A stretch of DNA of 64,000 nucleotides, from the NCBI RefSeq assembly GCF_006345805.1, contig NC_043006.1, forward strand, positions 82,460,001 to 82,524,000, in the 5' to 3' direction. Position numbers and translations under genes: made by a program. The first letter of the stretch is position 1. Each line of letters starts with the position of its first letter. Of this stretch, positions 63,676 to 64,000 are shown in pieces. Below the pieces are notes generated by a model. It had not been told where the DNA came from. It did not search any database and saw only the letters and a list, made by a program, of their open reading frames with translations. This stretch comes from Octopus sinensis. Its lineage: Eukaryota.

Positions 63676-64000
63676 TATATGTATATATATAGGTCGCAGT
63701 GAATAAATTGTCGTCGAAATTACGCAAATATATAAATATGAATATGTGGATAATTGTGTGTATGTATATATGTGTGTGTGTGTGTGTGTGTGCATGTGTG
63801 TGTACATATGTGTGTTAGTGTGTTTCCTTGTCTTGACATGTTATATGATGGTTGTAAATAAGTGTCACCATCATACAAGCAGTGTCCTTCATTTCCAATC
63901 TTCCTGTGAAAACACGTCTAGTCAAAGTGAAACGTTTGCCTGTTTGCAAACAAATGAGGGTTGGTGACAGTAAAGGTATCCGGCTGTATAGAAAATGTGT

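Noticed and set aside
378-63967. Most ORF-track entries (poly-IY, HT, CV and SINE-derived frames)
   Set aside because: Translations of microsatellites and repeats with no protein motifs.

Overview
Eukaryotic, very AT-rich, microsatellite-dense sequence. The SINE families look like those of octopus (cephalopod mollusc), which is my recognition rather than a database result. Nearly all ORF-track entries are microsatellite or SINE artefacts. Host-gene signal: one convincing minus-strand exon at 9873-10032 encoding a PMP22/claudin/TMEM47-like first TM helix plus W...GLW..C...C loop, likely 5' exons just upstream, and a few weaker candidate small exons. The rest is transposon-derived: tRNA-headed SINEs; an RTE-like element with tandem structured units and (GAT)n tail; three Penelope-like (PLE, GIY-YIG) remnants; HERO-like and R4/Dong-like RLE fragments; a Tx1/L1 RT fragment; maT (DD37D) and rosa (DD41D) Tc1/mariner remnants; hAT, piggyBac-like and Helitron MITEs. 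The most interesting signal is RNA-structural: about nine minimal type I hammerhead ribozyme (HHR) motifs from several unrelated repeat families. They include a 434-bp palindrome with an HHR on each strand, an HHR with a compensatory G3:C8 core swap, and a tRNA-headed SINE-like element apparently ending in an HHR. PLE-associated HHRs are known in general; whether these families and variants are new needs the checks listed. Repeat boundaries are approximate unless a TSD or TIR is quoted.
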